Shown: one piece after another, positions 10,442 through 21,254 of the stretch
How positions within the stretch are numbered: the first letter of the stretch is position 1
Layout of the letters: every line of letters starts with the position of its first letter
From: an uncultured Planctomycetaceae bacterium
Lineage (GTDB): Bacteria; Planctomycetota; Planctomycetia; Isosphaerales; Isosphaeraceae
Assembly: GCA_963833985.1 (NCBI GenBank)
Contig: CAWIAD010000002.1
Coordinates: forward strand, 2,720,001 to 2,784,000
Length of the DNA stretch: 64,000 nt
Direction of reading: 5' to 3'
The notes under the pieces: model-generated
The model's input: the letters and a program-made list of their open reading frames with translations, nothing else
What the model was told of the DNA's origin: nothing
Database searches by the model: none
Made by a program: the position numbers and the translations under genes

Positions 10442-10554
10442 GCCGCGCTCGTGGGACAAAACTCCGTTCTTCTCGACTCCCTTACCGCCGTGGGACAGGA
10501 CTCCGTTCTCGTTGACTCCTCCTCCGAAGGTCCTCGACCCGGAGTGAGCCGCGC
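10420..10554. repeat. 29-bp direct repeat of the CZB gene 3' end enclosing two ~30-bp REP-like units
   Basis: gaaggtcctcgacccgRagtRagccgcgc at 10420-10448 and 10526-10554; gtgggacaRRactccgttct..tYgactcc at 10451-10480 and 10490-10519. Confidence 0.8.
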
Positions 10555-10843
10555 CGGCACACTTGTGATAGCCGCCTTCAAGTCTTGGCGAAACTTGCCT
10601 CGAAATTGCGCGCTTCGCCGGGTCAATCTGCGTGATCCTTGGTAGCCGGACCTGAAACGACAGCCTCGAACGGAACGAGCGGACCGCGAGAGCCCGCCGC
10701 TTGCCGACGGATCGCTCGCCAGACACTCAGGATCGCTCAGGTAACAACACAACTCGAACTGACTGCGCCGGCCCATCGCTCAGCATCATCACGGGCGTTG
10801 CGAGCGGGCAGGCCTTGACCACCAGGTTCCTGGAGACCCAGAG

Positions 10844-12325
10844 ATGCAACGCTGGCTGAAGCCACTCCATGAGATCATCGCGAGCCATCGCAACCTGCGC
10901 CCACGGAAGCCACGCGCATCGAAGCGCATCGACCTTTCGTGCGACGCACTCGAAGATCGAGTGACGCCATCGCATTTCGCCGCGGTTCACCATCTTGCCG
11001 TGGTGCACGTGCATGCAGCCGCCAATGTACATCATGTCGCCCGACATACGACGAACACGACCACAAGTCACACAACGTCCAAGACCGGCCTTCCCGTCAC
11101 GTCGGCCGCGGCCACGACGCCGCACTCTGCGCCCGCCACATCGGCGACCATCACGACGATCACCAGCCAGCCCGCCACAGCGAGCCTGCCTTCCCCGCCG
11201 AGCACGACCTCGGGCACATCGACGACCACCGGAACGTCCCCGGGCAATCAGGAATCCGAGGGAGGGGCCGAGCATGGCGCGGCGAATTCCGCGCTTTCGA
11301 CGGCCATTCAAACCCTTCAGAGCGACATCCAGACGATCCAGCTTGCGTCGGGAACCACGGTCGGCGAGCAGACGGCGCTACGGGTTGCTTACCAGAAGCT
11401 GGCCTCCGACGGGCTCTACCCGAGCAGCCATGCGTCGCTCTCGTCGTTCGAGAATACCCTGGTGACAACGAACGCCACCACTCCGGGCAGCCTGACCGGT
11501 AACACGACGCTTTTGACCCAGTTCCAGACCCTGTACACGCCCAGCACCGGAACGCTCTCCACCCAGCAGACGGCCGATGTGACCGCGGCGTACAACGCGC
11601 TGGCAGCCGCGGTGACCTCCGCCGGCATCACTGCCTCGGACGTCACGACAGTCAACACCGACTGGTCGGCCGTGCTGGCGGCCGCCGGCAGCACCAGTAC
11701 CGCGACCTATCCGTATTTCTCACTCGTGACCGGGCAGGGAATAGGTGACAGGGGCGGATTCGGGTTCGGCCCTGGTTTCGGGTTCGACCGCGGGTTCGGG
11801 TTCGGCGATGAAGGGATGGTCTCCTCGACGTTCTCCACCGCGATGCAGACGCTTCAGAGCGACGTCCAGACGATCCAGCTTGCGTCGGGAACCACGGTCG
11901 GCGAGCAGACGGCACTGCGGGTTGCGTTCCAGAAGCTGGCCTCCGACGGGCTCTACCCGAGCAGCCATGCGTCGCTCTCGTCGTTCGAGAATACCCTGGT
12001 GACAACGAACGCCACCACTCCGGGCAGCCTGACCGGTAACACGACGCTTTTGACCCGGTTCCAGACCCTGTACACGCCCAGCTCCGGAACGCTCTCCACC
12101 CAGCAGACGGCCGATGTGACCGCGGCGTACAACGCGCTGGCAGCCGCGGTGACCTCCGCCGGCATCACTGCCTCGGACGTCACGACAGTCAACGCCGACT
12201 GGTCGGCCGTGCTGGCGGCCGCCGGCAGCACCAGCACGGCGACCTATCCCTACTTCACGTTGGTGACCGGGGAAGGCCATGGCGACGTCTTCGGGCCGGG
12301 CATGGGCATGAATGGGGCCTGCTGA
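10844..12325 (+). CDS. Secreted Thr/Ser/Ala-rich protein with a planctomycete export motif and an internal tandem domain duplication
   Basis: Basic N-terminus + LSCDALEDRVTPS motif; two near-identical ~140-aa domains. Confidence 0.8.
   Translation: MQRWLKPLHEIIASHRNLRPRKPRASKRIDLSCDALEDRVTPSHFAAVHHLAVVHVHAAANVHHVARHTTNTTTSHTTSKTGLPVTSAAATTPHSAPATSATITTITSQPATASLPSPPSTTSGTSTTTGTSPGNQESEGGAEHGAANSALSTAIQTLQSDIQTIQLASGTTVGEQTALRVAYQKLASDGLYPSSHASLSSFENTLVTTNATTPGSLTGNTTLLTQFQTLYTPSTGTLSTQQTADVTAAYNALAAAVTSAGITASDVTTVNTDWSAVLAAAGSTSTATYPYFSLVTGQGIGDRGGFGFGPGFGFDRGFGFGDEGMVSSTFSTAMQTLQSDVQTIQLASGTTVGEQTALRVAFQKLASDGLYPSSHASLSSFENTLVTTNATTPGSLTGNTTLLTRFQTLYTPSSGTLSTQQTADVTAAYNALAAAVTSAGITASDVTTVNADWSAVLAAAGSTSTATYPYFTLVTGEGHGDVFGPGMGMNGAC
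11315..12271 (+). repeat. Intragenic direct repeat, 2 x 420 bp (11315-11734 and 11852-12271, offset 537 bp)
   Basis: DNA is nearly identical, including synonymous positions. Confidence 0.95.
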
Positions 12326-12381
12326 AGAGGGATGAGCTTGCTTGCCCGCGTGGGACCCGTCTGATCCGTGAGCCCGCCCGC

Positions 12382-13425
12382 TCAGTGGGCCGGGTCCCAC
12401 TTCTTCCTCCAGCGCGCGTATTCCGCGGCCACTCCCTCGCCCCAGCGGCCATACCAGGCATATCCATTCCGGCGCTCGGCTTCAATCCGGCTCAGATCGT
12501 ACTGGATCACGCCGTCGCGGCCACAGAAGATCGGCCGGTTGGAGCCGATCTCGTAAAACCGGGCCCAGAGCGCGGGTGCGTCCTTGTCGGCCACGATGAC
12601 CCTGTCGCCATTGCGGACCTCCTGGCGTATTCCCGGCATCTCCGCCGAGCGGAACCACCGCGCTGCGGCATGGACGGCCTGCTGGATCTCGGGCCCCGGC
12701 TGATCCAGGCTCATCAGCAGCCGCACGATCCCCGCGCTCTCGGCGCTGGTCAATGCGGGCGGCTCGAAGGCACGTCCCCAGCGCGGTTCCAGCGTCGTCT
12801 CGTCGTGCTGCGCGCACCAGATCGTTGGAGCGCCCTTGACCTTGATCTGGCAGCTGAGTATGCACTGAATGCCCGAGTCGAAGGCCCGGCGCGCCTGCTG
12901 CCGCGAGGCCCCGTCCAGGAACGAGAACCTGGGTGAGCGCTGTACGTCGCGGAGGAATTCGAGGATGTTCACCATGGCGTCATCATTGAATGTGATGTGC
13001 CGGTGATAGCCCTTGCCCGGAGGGTCAAACTGGGGCCAGCCTCCGCAGGGATACTGAGCCTTCAGTACGTGCGTGAGGCCCTTCAGAAAGGCATCGCGGT
13101 TCTGGTCCATGCGCGTGGCCTGGAAGGCGCGTGCCAGGAATCGCAGCTCGCGGAAGGTAGCCCCGTTGTCGAAAGTGCCCTGAAGCTGGCTGCGGTCTCC
13201 CGTGAATGGTCGAGACGCCGTATCGATGTTCTTCGGCCAGCTTCCCCGGTCGGACTGGAAGGAACGGATGTTCGAGGCGACCTGAATGCCTGCGGGGCTG
13301 CGGAACCATTCGTCGGGTTTGTCCAGCAGTTCGTTCCACGGCCCGTCGGCGGCCCGCGTGGAAAGCCAGGTCGTGCCCACGGTCAGCAGAAATGCTGCCG
13401 TGCGGGTGATCTTCGATGGCAGCAT
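12382..13425 (-). CDS. pelA: Pectate lyase, PL10/PelA family
   Basis: GSWPKN, TFDNGAT, GGWPQF, ITFNDDAM, WCAQHD, WARFYEI, ERRNGYAWY; signal peptide; GAAAGGAG RBS. Confidence 0.9.
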   Translation of the reverse strand: MLPSKITRTAAFLLTVGTTWLSTRAADGPWNELLDKPDEWFRSPAGIQVASNIRSFQSDRGSWPKNIDTASRPFTGDRSQLQGTFDNGATFRELRFLARAFQATRMDQNRDAFLKGLTHVLKAQYPCGGWPQFDPPGKGYHRHITFNDDAMVNILEFLRDVQRSPRFSFLDGASRQQARRAFDSGIQCILSCQIKVKGAPTIWCAQHDETTLEPRWGRAFEPPALTSAESAGIVRLLMSLDQPGPEIQQAVHAAARWFRSAEMPGIRQEVRNGDRVIVADKDAPALWARFYEIGSNRPIFCGRDGVIQYDLSRIEAERRNGYAWYGRWGEGVAAEYARWRKKWDPAH

Positions 13426-13808
13426 CCAGCATCTCCTTTCCCGTATGGTCCTCAGTCTCGGTCTCGGTCTCAGCCTCAGGACCCCGCTCCATTCGCCCTG
13501 CTTTCGACCTTGGGAAACCTCATGTGTCCAGAGAAAGCGGAGAGGAAGTAAGGGAAAAGGCACAGGCCGTGCAACCTCGAAGTATCGGCCCGAGTTCTCG
13601 CGGTCCGTCTGCTACCCTCCGCGCTGGGGCTCTCGCAGCGCCGCGGTGGATGCCTGCGCAGGCGTGAGCCCTGGAAAGCGGCAAGCTTGAATTTGAGACG
13701 GTTTGGCCTATTGACGATTGTAAATGGTATCCTAATCTGAGCGGGCAGCGCGCGCTTGGCGCTCATTTCGTTCTCGATTCCGATCACGGACCTCGAAAGG
13801 GTTACCGC

Positions 13809-15329
13809 ATGTTCGACCCATCTGCACGCAGACCCGTAACGGCTGGCGCGAGCCTGCTGTTATGGGCGGGGATTTGCCTTGGCGCGAGTTTGCCGGCTCA
13901 TGCCCAGGAGGCCTGGGACGCCGTGTTTTTGAAGGGCCACAAGATCGGGTACGTCCACACATTCATCGAGAAGCTCACGGAGAAAGGCCGGCCGCTCTAC
14001 CGTGTTCGCCAGGACCAGGTCTACACGTTCGCCCGGCTCGAGGACACCGTCACCATGAGCATGATGTACGGGACGATCGAGACTCCGGACGGCGAAGTCC
14101 TCCGGCTTGATACCCGCACGCTCACCAGCGACAACGAGATCCGGGTTTTCGGTGACGCCGTCAAGGGCCAGATGAAGCTGATCATGGAAGGGACCAAGCA
14201 GTCTCAGCATGTGACCATCCCCTGGGGCAAGGACATCCGCGGGCCGTACGCCGCCGAGCAAAGCATGGCCAGGAAGCCGATGGAGGAAAATGAGACCCGC
14301 AAGATCAAGATGTACATTCCCGACCTCAATCGCGTGGTCGATTTCGCCTTCAAGGCCGGCCCCATGGAGGAAGTGCCGCTTGGCGACGGCTCGCGCCGGC
14401 AGCTCCGCAAGGTCACCCAGACGGCGACGCTCGACGGCAAGCCGCAGCCCGTGCTCGACGCGGTGCTCTGGGCCGATTCCAGCGGCCAGGTGCTGAAGCT
14501 CGAGACCGACATGATGGGCGGCATCGTGATGTACCGTACCACCAAGGAAGGCGCGATCGACCTGGCCTCGCGCGGCAGCGCCAGGCTTGACGAGATCCGC
14601 AGCACCATGATCACGCTCAACAAGCTCATCCCCGACCCGCGCAAGACCCGCTACGTCCAGTACCGCATCAGCCTGAAGGATGCCGATCCCAAGCAGATCT
14701 TTCCGTCAGACGGGCGCCAGACGATCCTGCCCGGCGGCGAGAAGAACTCGGTCACGCTCAACGTCTTCTCCGCCGGTCCCGGCGACGGCGCGGCCGGCCC
14801 CGCCACGGTCGAGGAGAAGTATCTCCGGCCCAACGGAATCATCACCAGCGAGGACGATCGGGTCAAATCCCTCGCCAGACGCGTCATCGGCAACCGGCAA
14901 AACCCCTGGGATCAGGCGGTGGAAATCGAGCACTGGGTCTTCGAGAACATCCGCGACAAGAACTTCGCGACCGCTTTTGCCCCGGCCGACGAGGTCGCGC
15001 GGAACCTGACCGGAGACTGCTCGGAGCATGCCGTGCTGGCCGCGGCCATGTCACGTGCCGCCGGCATCCCGTCGCGCCTCGCCGTGGGACTGCTCTACGT
15101 GGATAACACCAAGCAGAAGCTCCAGGGCTTCGGTTACCACGTCTGGCACGAGGTCTACGTCAACCAGCGCTGGGTGGCGCTTGACGCGTCCTGGGACCAG
15201 TCCGTGGTGGACGCAACCCATATCAAACTTGCCGACACCAGCATGGAAGGCGTCGCCCCGTTCGAGGCCTTCCTGCCGATCGCCCGCATCCAGGGCAAGG
15301 TGGAGATCGAGCCGATCGAGTATCGGTGA
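13809..15329 (+). CDS. Secreted transglutaminase-like domain protein
   Basis: Signal peptide; Cys-His-Asp triad motifs GDCSEH, YHVWHEVY, WVALDAS. Confidence 0.88.
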   Translation: MFDPSARRPVTAGASLLLWAGICLGASLPAHAQEAWDAVFLKGHKIGYVHTFIEKLTEKGRPLYRVRQDQVYTFARLEDTVTMSMMYGTIETPDGEVLRLDTRTLTSDNEIRVFGDAVKGQMKLIMEGTKQSQHVTIPWGKDIRGPYAAEQSMARKPMEENETRKIKMYIPDLNRVVDFAFKAGPMEEVPLGDGSRRQLRKVTQTATLDGKPQPVLDAVLWADSSGQVLKLETDMMGGIVMYRTTKEGAIDLASRGSARLDEIRSTMITLNKLIPDPRKTRYVQYRISLKDADPKQIFPSDGRQTILPGGEKNSVTLNVFSAGPGDGAAGPATVEEKYLRPNGIITSEDDRVKSLARRVIGNRQNPWDQAVEIEHWVFENIRDKNFATAFAPADEVARNLTGDCSEHAVLAAAMSRAAGIPSRLAVGLLYVDNTKQKLQGFGYHVWHEVYVNQRWVALDASWDQSVVDATHIKLADTSMEGVAPFEAFLPIARIQGKVEIEPIEYR

Positions 15330-15332
15330 GAA

Positions 15333-15810
<478 letters not shown>

Positions 15811-15913
15811 TTTTCCCCTCATCGCCCTTGCCGGCCGCGGGAGCGGGCCGTAGACTGAGGCAAGAAAACCTGTCCATTCGTCGCTATGACTCGCCGCGAA
15901 GGACGTCAATGTC

Positions 15914-17372
15914 ATGGAACGGCACCTCGCGCTCCGCCTGGCCCCGGTGGCCATCACCGTTCTGGCCGTCGTGCCATTGCCCGCGGCATACGGTCAACAA
16001 AGAAACCGTCCTGGTGCCGAAGCCCGAATGAGTGCTCCGGCCATGGAGCGTCGCGGCCAGCCCGACGCCGTGGTCCAGGGCGCCCTGCGCGCAACCCCTA
16101 CACGGCGCCTTATCCCATCTCGGCGCTCTGGCGGAACGGTAGGCTGGTGCTGGCGGGCCGGGTCGGCACGAAGGTCATTCACGATATGGCCGTTCGTACC
16201 GTGATCGACCTGGGCTATCCGCTCCGTGACGACCTGGTCATCGACACCGCACTGGCTCACCAGGTGGCGATGGCACAGACGGCGATGGCGCAGGCGGCCT
16301 GGGCCGGCGGGGCGGCTTCGGGGGCTCCCGTGGCCGGTGGAGTGGTCGGAGCGTCCGCGCCCTATGTCGTCTATCCGCCTCCGCTTTTCGGCCGAGTCGA
16401 CGATCCGTTCTTCGGGTTCGAGCCTCCGCTGGTGTCGTTCCCGCCCTGGGCGACCTCCGGCAATCCGGATCCGCGCCTGAACCGCGTGGGGCTGATGGCC
16501 CCCGGGGCCACGCCAGGTGCAAATGGACCAGCGCGGCCGGCCCAGGAAGGAGCAGCCCAGGGGCCGATCAAGGGCCGCTTGCAGCTCACCGTGGACATGG
16601 CGGGTCAGGTTCACCTGAGCGGTGAAGTGGCCAGCGAACAGGACAAGCAACTGATCGAGGAGGAAGCCAGGAACACTCCGGGAGTGAGTCATGTGTACAG
16701 CGAGCTTCGGGTCGCCGCGGCACCGGGTTCCGAGCTCCCACCGCCGCCACCGCAGCCAGTCCTCGTTCCCGACCAGCAGCAACCGCTCGCTGCGCCCGCC
16801 GGGCATCAGGAACCGCCGGCTCCGCCCCGGCCCGCGCCGCAGCGCCGGTGCAGGACCCCCAATCTCGCTCCAACCCGCCGCAGCCGCTGAAGCCGGACCT
16901 GTCCATGGCGCGCGATGCTCAGAAGCTCACGAGGCGCGTCGCCGAGGCGCTTGCGCGTCGCGGCCCGCTGGCTGACCAGGCGATCGCGGTGCAATCGCAT
17001 GAGGACATCGTGACACTTTCGGGGAACGTCACCTCGGCCTACGAGGCGATGCTCGCCTACCGCACCGTCGAGCAGACGCCTGGCGTGCGCGAGGTCGTCG
17101 ACCAGTTGCAGTTCCAGGTTCCCGACGAGGACCATCCCAATCCACTCCGTCAGCAAGGCCGTCCCGAAGACCTGGAGCCGTACCTGATCTCACAGGTCCG
17201 CCGCCACGTGGGCGACCTGGCGCACATCGATCGGCTCAAGGTGCGCGGGGATCGCCTGGAAATCGAGGGGACCATCTCCGACGGCCAGGATGCCGGCCGG
17301 TTGAAGGCGATCCTGCGTTCGATGCCCCTGCTGCGCGATTTTCATCTCGATGCGACCTTTCGTCCCGAATGA
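15914..17372 (+). CDS. Secreted multi-BON-domain protein (apparent frameshifts near 16092 and 16840)
   Basis: Signal peptide; BON motifs LVLAGRV, VHLSGEVASEQDK...PGVSHV, VTLSGNV...PGVREVVDQL spread over three consecutive ORFs. Confidence 0.8.
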
Positions 17373-17396
17373 CGCGCCCGCGGAATCGGAGCGGGC
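17237..17396 (+). repeat. 160-bp direct repeat, copy 1 (3' end of the BON gene plus downstream bases)
   Basis: Matches 18864-19023 with a few substitutions (offset 1627 bp). Confidence 0.95.
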
Positions 17397-17559
17397 GATC
17401 TCTCGACTTCATTTCGACTATATGTCCATAGCCTTGTTTTTACCTGTTGGGTTTACCTCGGTGACCAGTTGAACTCTCCGCGATTTCGTTCCCTGACTTC
17501 AAAGCCGAGATCGAGGGCAACGCGTTATCGCCCACACCGGGCGAGAAAGCCTCCTCAAC

Positions 17560-18117
17560 TCAGGCGGGATCAGTTTGAAACGGCTCGGCCCCGATTGGTG
17601 GCAACTGGAGCTTGCGGATGACGCTTATCGAGAGGAAGAGGTGGTTCGGATCGTCGATCAAGGGGATGAAGCCGAACCTCAGGTAGAACTGGCGGGCCGC
17701 ATCATCAATGGCATGAACCTCCACTGCCCGAACGCCGACATGCTCAGCGAGGTGCTGTGCACGCCGTAATGCGTCGATCAGAAGCAGAGAGCCGAGACCT
17801 TGGCCTTGAGCCGAGCGGTCTACAGCCAGTCGTCCGAGGAGCACGACGGGGACATCCAGCCGGGGCAGCCCCTTCGCCTCATCGGCAGGGAGGGCCTTGT
17901 AAGTGACATGGTGGTTCGAGATGGCGTAGTAACCGACCACGATCTGGTCAGCAGACCTCGTGGCGACGTAGGTACGAGCCAGGTCTCGCTTCTCGAACTG
18001 GCTGGCTCTCTGCTTCAACCAGTCGGTCAAGATCGGGTTCCCGCAGTCGAACACCCTGCGATCGTGGCTTGACCCGAGCCGTTCGATCGTCCAGTCCTTG
18101 CTCGGTGGCTCAGCCAA
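17560..18117 (-). CDS. GNAT-family toxin (TacT/AtaT-like tRNA acetyltransferase)
   Basis: HDRRVFDCG...WLKQRA, VGYYAI, PVVLLGRLAVD..QGQGLG.LL.DAL, A.QFY..FGF; TTG start overlaps the antitoxin stop. Confidence 0.92.
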   Translation of the reverse strand: MAEPPSKDWTIERLGSSHDRRVFDCGNPILTDWLKQRASQFEKRDLARTYVATRSADQIVVGYYAISNHHVTYKALPADEAKGLPRLDVPVVLLGRLAVDRSAQGQGLGSLLLIDALRRAQHLAEHVGVRAVEVHAIDDAARQFYLRFGFIPLIDDPNHLFLSISVIRKLQLPPIGAEPFQTDPA

Positions 18118-18388
18118 GAGTCTTCTTGTACCTCTTGGCGGCTCTGACGAGTGCGGCATTGGGCCGAGTTTCAGCGTCGTCCAGGAGGGCGATAAAGCGG
18201 TCCCGATCACGGTCGCTCAGCGTCGTCACATTCCGCTGCTCGATGACCGAACGGGCCTGCTGGACGAGCGTGCTGACGGCAAAGTCGCTCACCGACTGCC
18301 CGAGGGATACGGCAGCTTCCTCGATCACTTCCTTGAGGTCGGCAGGGAGCCGGAAGTTCAGTCGGGCATCCCTTGCTCCGGTTGCCAT
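18110..18388 (-). CDS. DUF1778 ribbon-helix-helix antitoxin (TacA/AtaR-like)
   Basis: ARLNFRL...KEVIEEAA...GQSVSDF...LSDRDRDRFIALLD...PNAALVRAA; directly upstream of the GNAT gene. Confidence 0.92.
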   Translation of the reverse strand: MATGARDARLNFRLPADLKEVIEEAAVSLGQSVSDFAVSTLVQQARSVIEQRNVTTLSDRDRDRFIALLDDAETRPNAALVRAAKRYKKTLG

Positions 18389-18412
18389 GTTTCACCTCGG
18401 TCTCGCGCCGTC

Positions 18413-18466
18413 GTATAAGCGGACTTCCACACGATCATTTTAACGCGTCGTGTGGCAATCTGCCAC
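18413..18466 (-). promoter_or_regulatory. Putative TA promoter/operator
   Basis: Inverted repeat GTGGCA-atc-TGCCAC (18452-18466), a minus-strand TAAAAT -10-like box near 18436-18441, and a second GTGTGGAA half-site near 18425-18432. Confidence 0.45.
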
Positions 18467-18863
18467 CCACAGGAGAGAGAGAGTGTGTGGAGAGAGGGCG
18501 AGTAGAGAGGGGACAGTCAATGCGGTCGACTGGTGGAACACCCGCAAGATCAGATCGCCGACCTTTGCGCCGTAGACTCACCTCGACGGTGCGGTGCGCA
18601 GGCTCTCTGTCCATTCGGTCGCTTGTGATAACCTTCGCGCGCCGCGAGGGTCAGGTCGCGCGCGAAGGTCCGACCCCGCCTCAACCCGCGTGGGGCATTC
18701 CGCCGCCCGGGCGGGATGAAACTCGCCGGGCCTGGTCTGCTCGCTCACCATCCCGGGGAATCCAGTCGAAGAGGCCGTGCCGAAGGAAGTCGGTTGATGA
18801 CGGGTCGCCCCCCCTCTCATCCAACCTGCCGGCGTGCTTCACCATGTCCCCCTCAAGTCTCCC

Positions 18864-19023
18864 CAAGGCACGCGGGGATCGCCTGGAAATCGAGGGGACC
18901 ATCTCCGACGGCCAGGATGCCGGTCGGTTGAAGGCGATCCTGCGTTCGATGCCCCTGCTGCGCGACTTTCATCTCGATGCGACATTTCGTCCCGAATGAC
19001 GCGCCCGCCGGATCGGAGCGGGC
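18864..19023 (+). repeat. 160-bp direct repeat, copy 2 (orphan copy of the BON gene 3' end)
   Basis: Encodes the same RGDRLEIEGTISDGQDAGRLKAILRSMPLLRDFHLDATFRPE-stop. Confidence 0.95.
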
Positions 19024-19158
19024 TCTCGCTCCTCGTGTCGAGGTCCGCAGAGCCGTGCTGGCCGGTCTGAAGGTGGGGCGTTATAATCGACGCTTTGCCG
19101 AGAATGGGGCGGCCGCTCGGAGGACGACCGCGCAGCCCGCTGGAGAGGAGTGTGGAGG

Positions 19159-19878
19159 ATGAGGCGCTTGATCGTGCCGGTCCTGTTTATGGGCCTGATG
19201 CTCGGACTGGCGGTTGCCGGCCTTGTGTCGTTGCGGGCCCAGAGCGGCACCCAGGGTGCCGTGGCGGACCCCGCTCACTCGCCCCGCGAACCGTCCGGTG
19301 CGAATCCGCGGACGCAATCCGCGTCGATCCAGGAATCGCTCCTGAAGCCGTTCGCGTTTCGATTTGCCCGGCCCACACCCCTGGCCGACGTGGTCCAGAT
19401 GCTCAATCGCGAGCTGGGATCACCCGTGGTCCTGGACCGCGCAGCGCTCGACCGCCTTGACGTCAAACCCGACGACACGGTCCAGCTCGAGCTGCACGGC
19501 GTCCGGCTCAAGACCGGCCTCAAGCTGCTGCTCGATCAGCTCGGGCTGACTTACAAGGTGGTGGCCGAGGATAACCTGCTGATCCTCACCGACAGGCAAG
19601 GCTCTGAGGACCCGATCGAGCGGGTGATGGCCGAGGTCCACGAGCTGCACCGCGATATCCATGACATCCAGGACGCCCTCGACGAGGTACGGGAGCTCAT
19701 GGGGCTCGCGGACGAGGAAGGGGCGAAGGTGCGGAAGCCGACGATCATCGAGGAGCTGCCCGAAAAGCCGGAGGGGAACGGGCCTGTACTCCGCCCGCCT
19801 TCGAAGCCGCCCACGCAATCTGATCCGGCGCCCAGGCCCTCGGCCGCACCTGTCCCGCGCCCGCGCACTCGCCTGTGA
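19159..19878 (+). CDS. Secreted or membrane-anchored protein with an STN/secretin-N-like domain and a coiled coil
   Basis: Hydrophobic N-terminus; PLADVV...VVLDRAALDRLDV..DDTVQLEL.GVRLKTGLKLLLDQLGLTY. Confidence 0.7.
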   Translation: MRRLIVPVLFMGLMLGLAVAGLVSLRAQSGTQGAVADPAHSPREPSGANPRTQSASIQESLLKPFAFRFARPTPLADVVQMLNRELGSPVVLDRAALDRLDVKPDDTVQLELHGVRLKTGLKLLLDQLGLTYKVVAEDNLLILTDRQGSEDPIERVMAEVHELHRDIHDIQDALDEVRELMGLADEEGAKVRKPTIIEELPEKPEGNGPVLRPPSKPPTQSDPAPRPSAAPVPRPRTRL

Positions 19879-21218
19879 AGCAAGCGGCCGCCATTCCCCG
19901 GGACCTCGACCAGCATGCAGCCAGGGAGCAAGACGAGCAGCGGGAACGGCGGCCCACCGCCCGGTGGCTCTGCCGGCGGTCGCGACGACGAACCGCAGCC
20001 AACGGGGCTGGACCCGCGATCTCCGCGCCGCGCACTCGCCGGGGTGCCCTGGCCAGGGGGCGGAACTGGCTCACCGAGCCGCGGACCACCGTGCTGATCG
20101 TGCTGGGCGGCGTGGTCCTGGTGGGCGGAGCCCAGAGGCTGCGCCAGGCGTGGAAGGCCAGGCGGGCCGTGCACCGCCTGGGTGAGCCGGACCTCAGCCC
20201 GCCGGAGGTCGAAGCGGCCGCGGCGCACGGCCGCTCCTGCCTTCCCGAGTTGTTCCGGATCCTCGGCGAGACGCCCGCGCACTCGCCACTGCACGATGCG
20301 GCCGGCCGTGCCATCGCCGCGCTCTGGACCCAGGACCAGCTCATCGCCGAGGAGGAACAGGCCCTGGTCCGCCGCGGGTTCGTCGCCGAGTGGTACGCAC
20401 GCCGGCGCTATCCTCGAGACATCGCCAGCGAGATTCCCATCCGGGCAAGTTACGGGCTGCCGTTTCTGAGGGGGGAAGGGCCGGGCATCACGCCGGAAAA
20501 CCTGGAATGGTCGCACCGGGTCACGGGCGCCCGGCGTGCGGCGCTCGAGGAGTTCTCGGCCTGGGCGCCGGGCCCGGGGCAGGTGCAGTTCTCACTGGTT
20601 CCCGCCGACTTTGACAGCAACGGCCCGCACCGCCTGACGCTGCAAGCGCGCGTGCGCACCCGCGGCCTGACCGACGCATGGCAGCTCGAGTTGCCCCATC
20701 TGCCGTTCAGCTTCGAGTTCGACCCCCGGCTCAAGGTTCGCTCGCTGCTGGCCCTGCCGGACGCGGAGCGCGCCCTGACCCTGGCGCGCGCGGTGCGCCT
20801 GGAGCCCATCGCTGTGCCGGCCACCGACGCCTCGCGGTTCTTGTCGATCGGGGGCGAGATGCTCGTGCGCAATCCGCCCGAGATCGTGATTGCGACGCCC
20901 CTGCCGTGCGACCTGGCACACCGGGTCTTCCTGGAATTCGAGCCGCCCGCCGGCCGCGTCCCGGCAGGGCTTGTGCTCCTCAGCGGGCAGGGCGAGGGCC
21001 GGGGCCAGCAACAGCCCGGCTCCGGAGAACCCCGGCGCTGGGCGATCGGCCCCGTCGAGCCGGCCGCTCCGGCTCTCAGCATCCAGCCGGGGAGCCTGCG
21101 CCTGCGCGCCTGTCTGGAGCCGGATCCGGATCGGGGCTGGACGGATCCCGACATCCGCTCGATCTGGCCGGGCGCCATCGAGACCGGCTGGGTCACGGTC
21201 GAGATCGTCCGTCGCTGA
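19875..21218 (+). CDS. Hypothetical membrane-anchored protein
   Basis: Overlaps the upstream stop (GTGA); one transmembrane segment; coding-like composition. Confidence 0.65.
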   Translation: MKQAAAIPRDLDQHAAREQDEQRERRPTARWLCRRSRRRTAANGAGPAISAPRTRRGALARGRNWLTEPRTTVLIVLGGVVLVGGAQRLRQAWKARRAVHRLGEPDLSPPEVEAAAAHGRSCLPELFRILGETPAHSPLHDAAGRAIAALWTQDQLIAEEEQALVRRGFVAEWYARRRYPRDIASEIPIRASYGLPFLRGEGPGITPENLEWSHRVTGARRAALEEFSAWAPGPGQVQFSLVPADFDSNGPHRLTLQARVRTRGLTDAWQLELPHLPFSFEFDPRLKVRSLLALPDAERALTLARAVRLEPIAVPATDASRFLSIGGEMLVRNPPEIVIATPLPCDLAHRVFLEFEPPAGRVPAGLVLLSGQGEGRGQQQPGSGEPRRWAIGPVEPAAPALSIQPGSLRLRACLEPDPDRGWTDPDIRSIWPGAIETGWVTVEIVRR

Positions 21219-21254
21219 GCCGAGCCGAGCCGGGCCGGGTCGGGCCATGCCACC

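Noticed and set aside
18373..18999. 208-aa ORF ending like the BON protein
   Set aside because: Only the last ~42 aa come from the duplicated segment; the rest is non-coding-like and overlaps the TA promoter.
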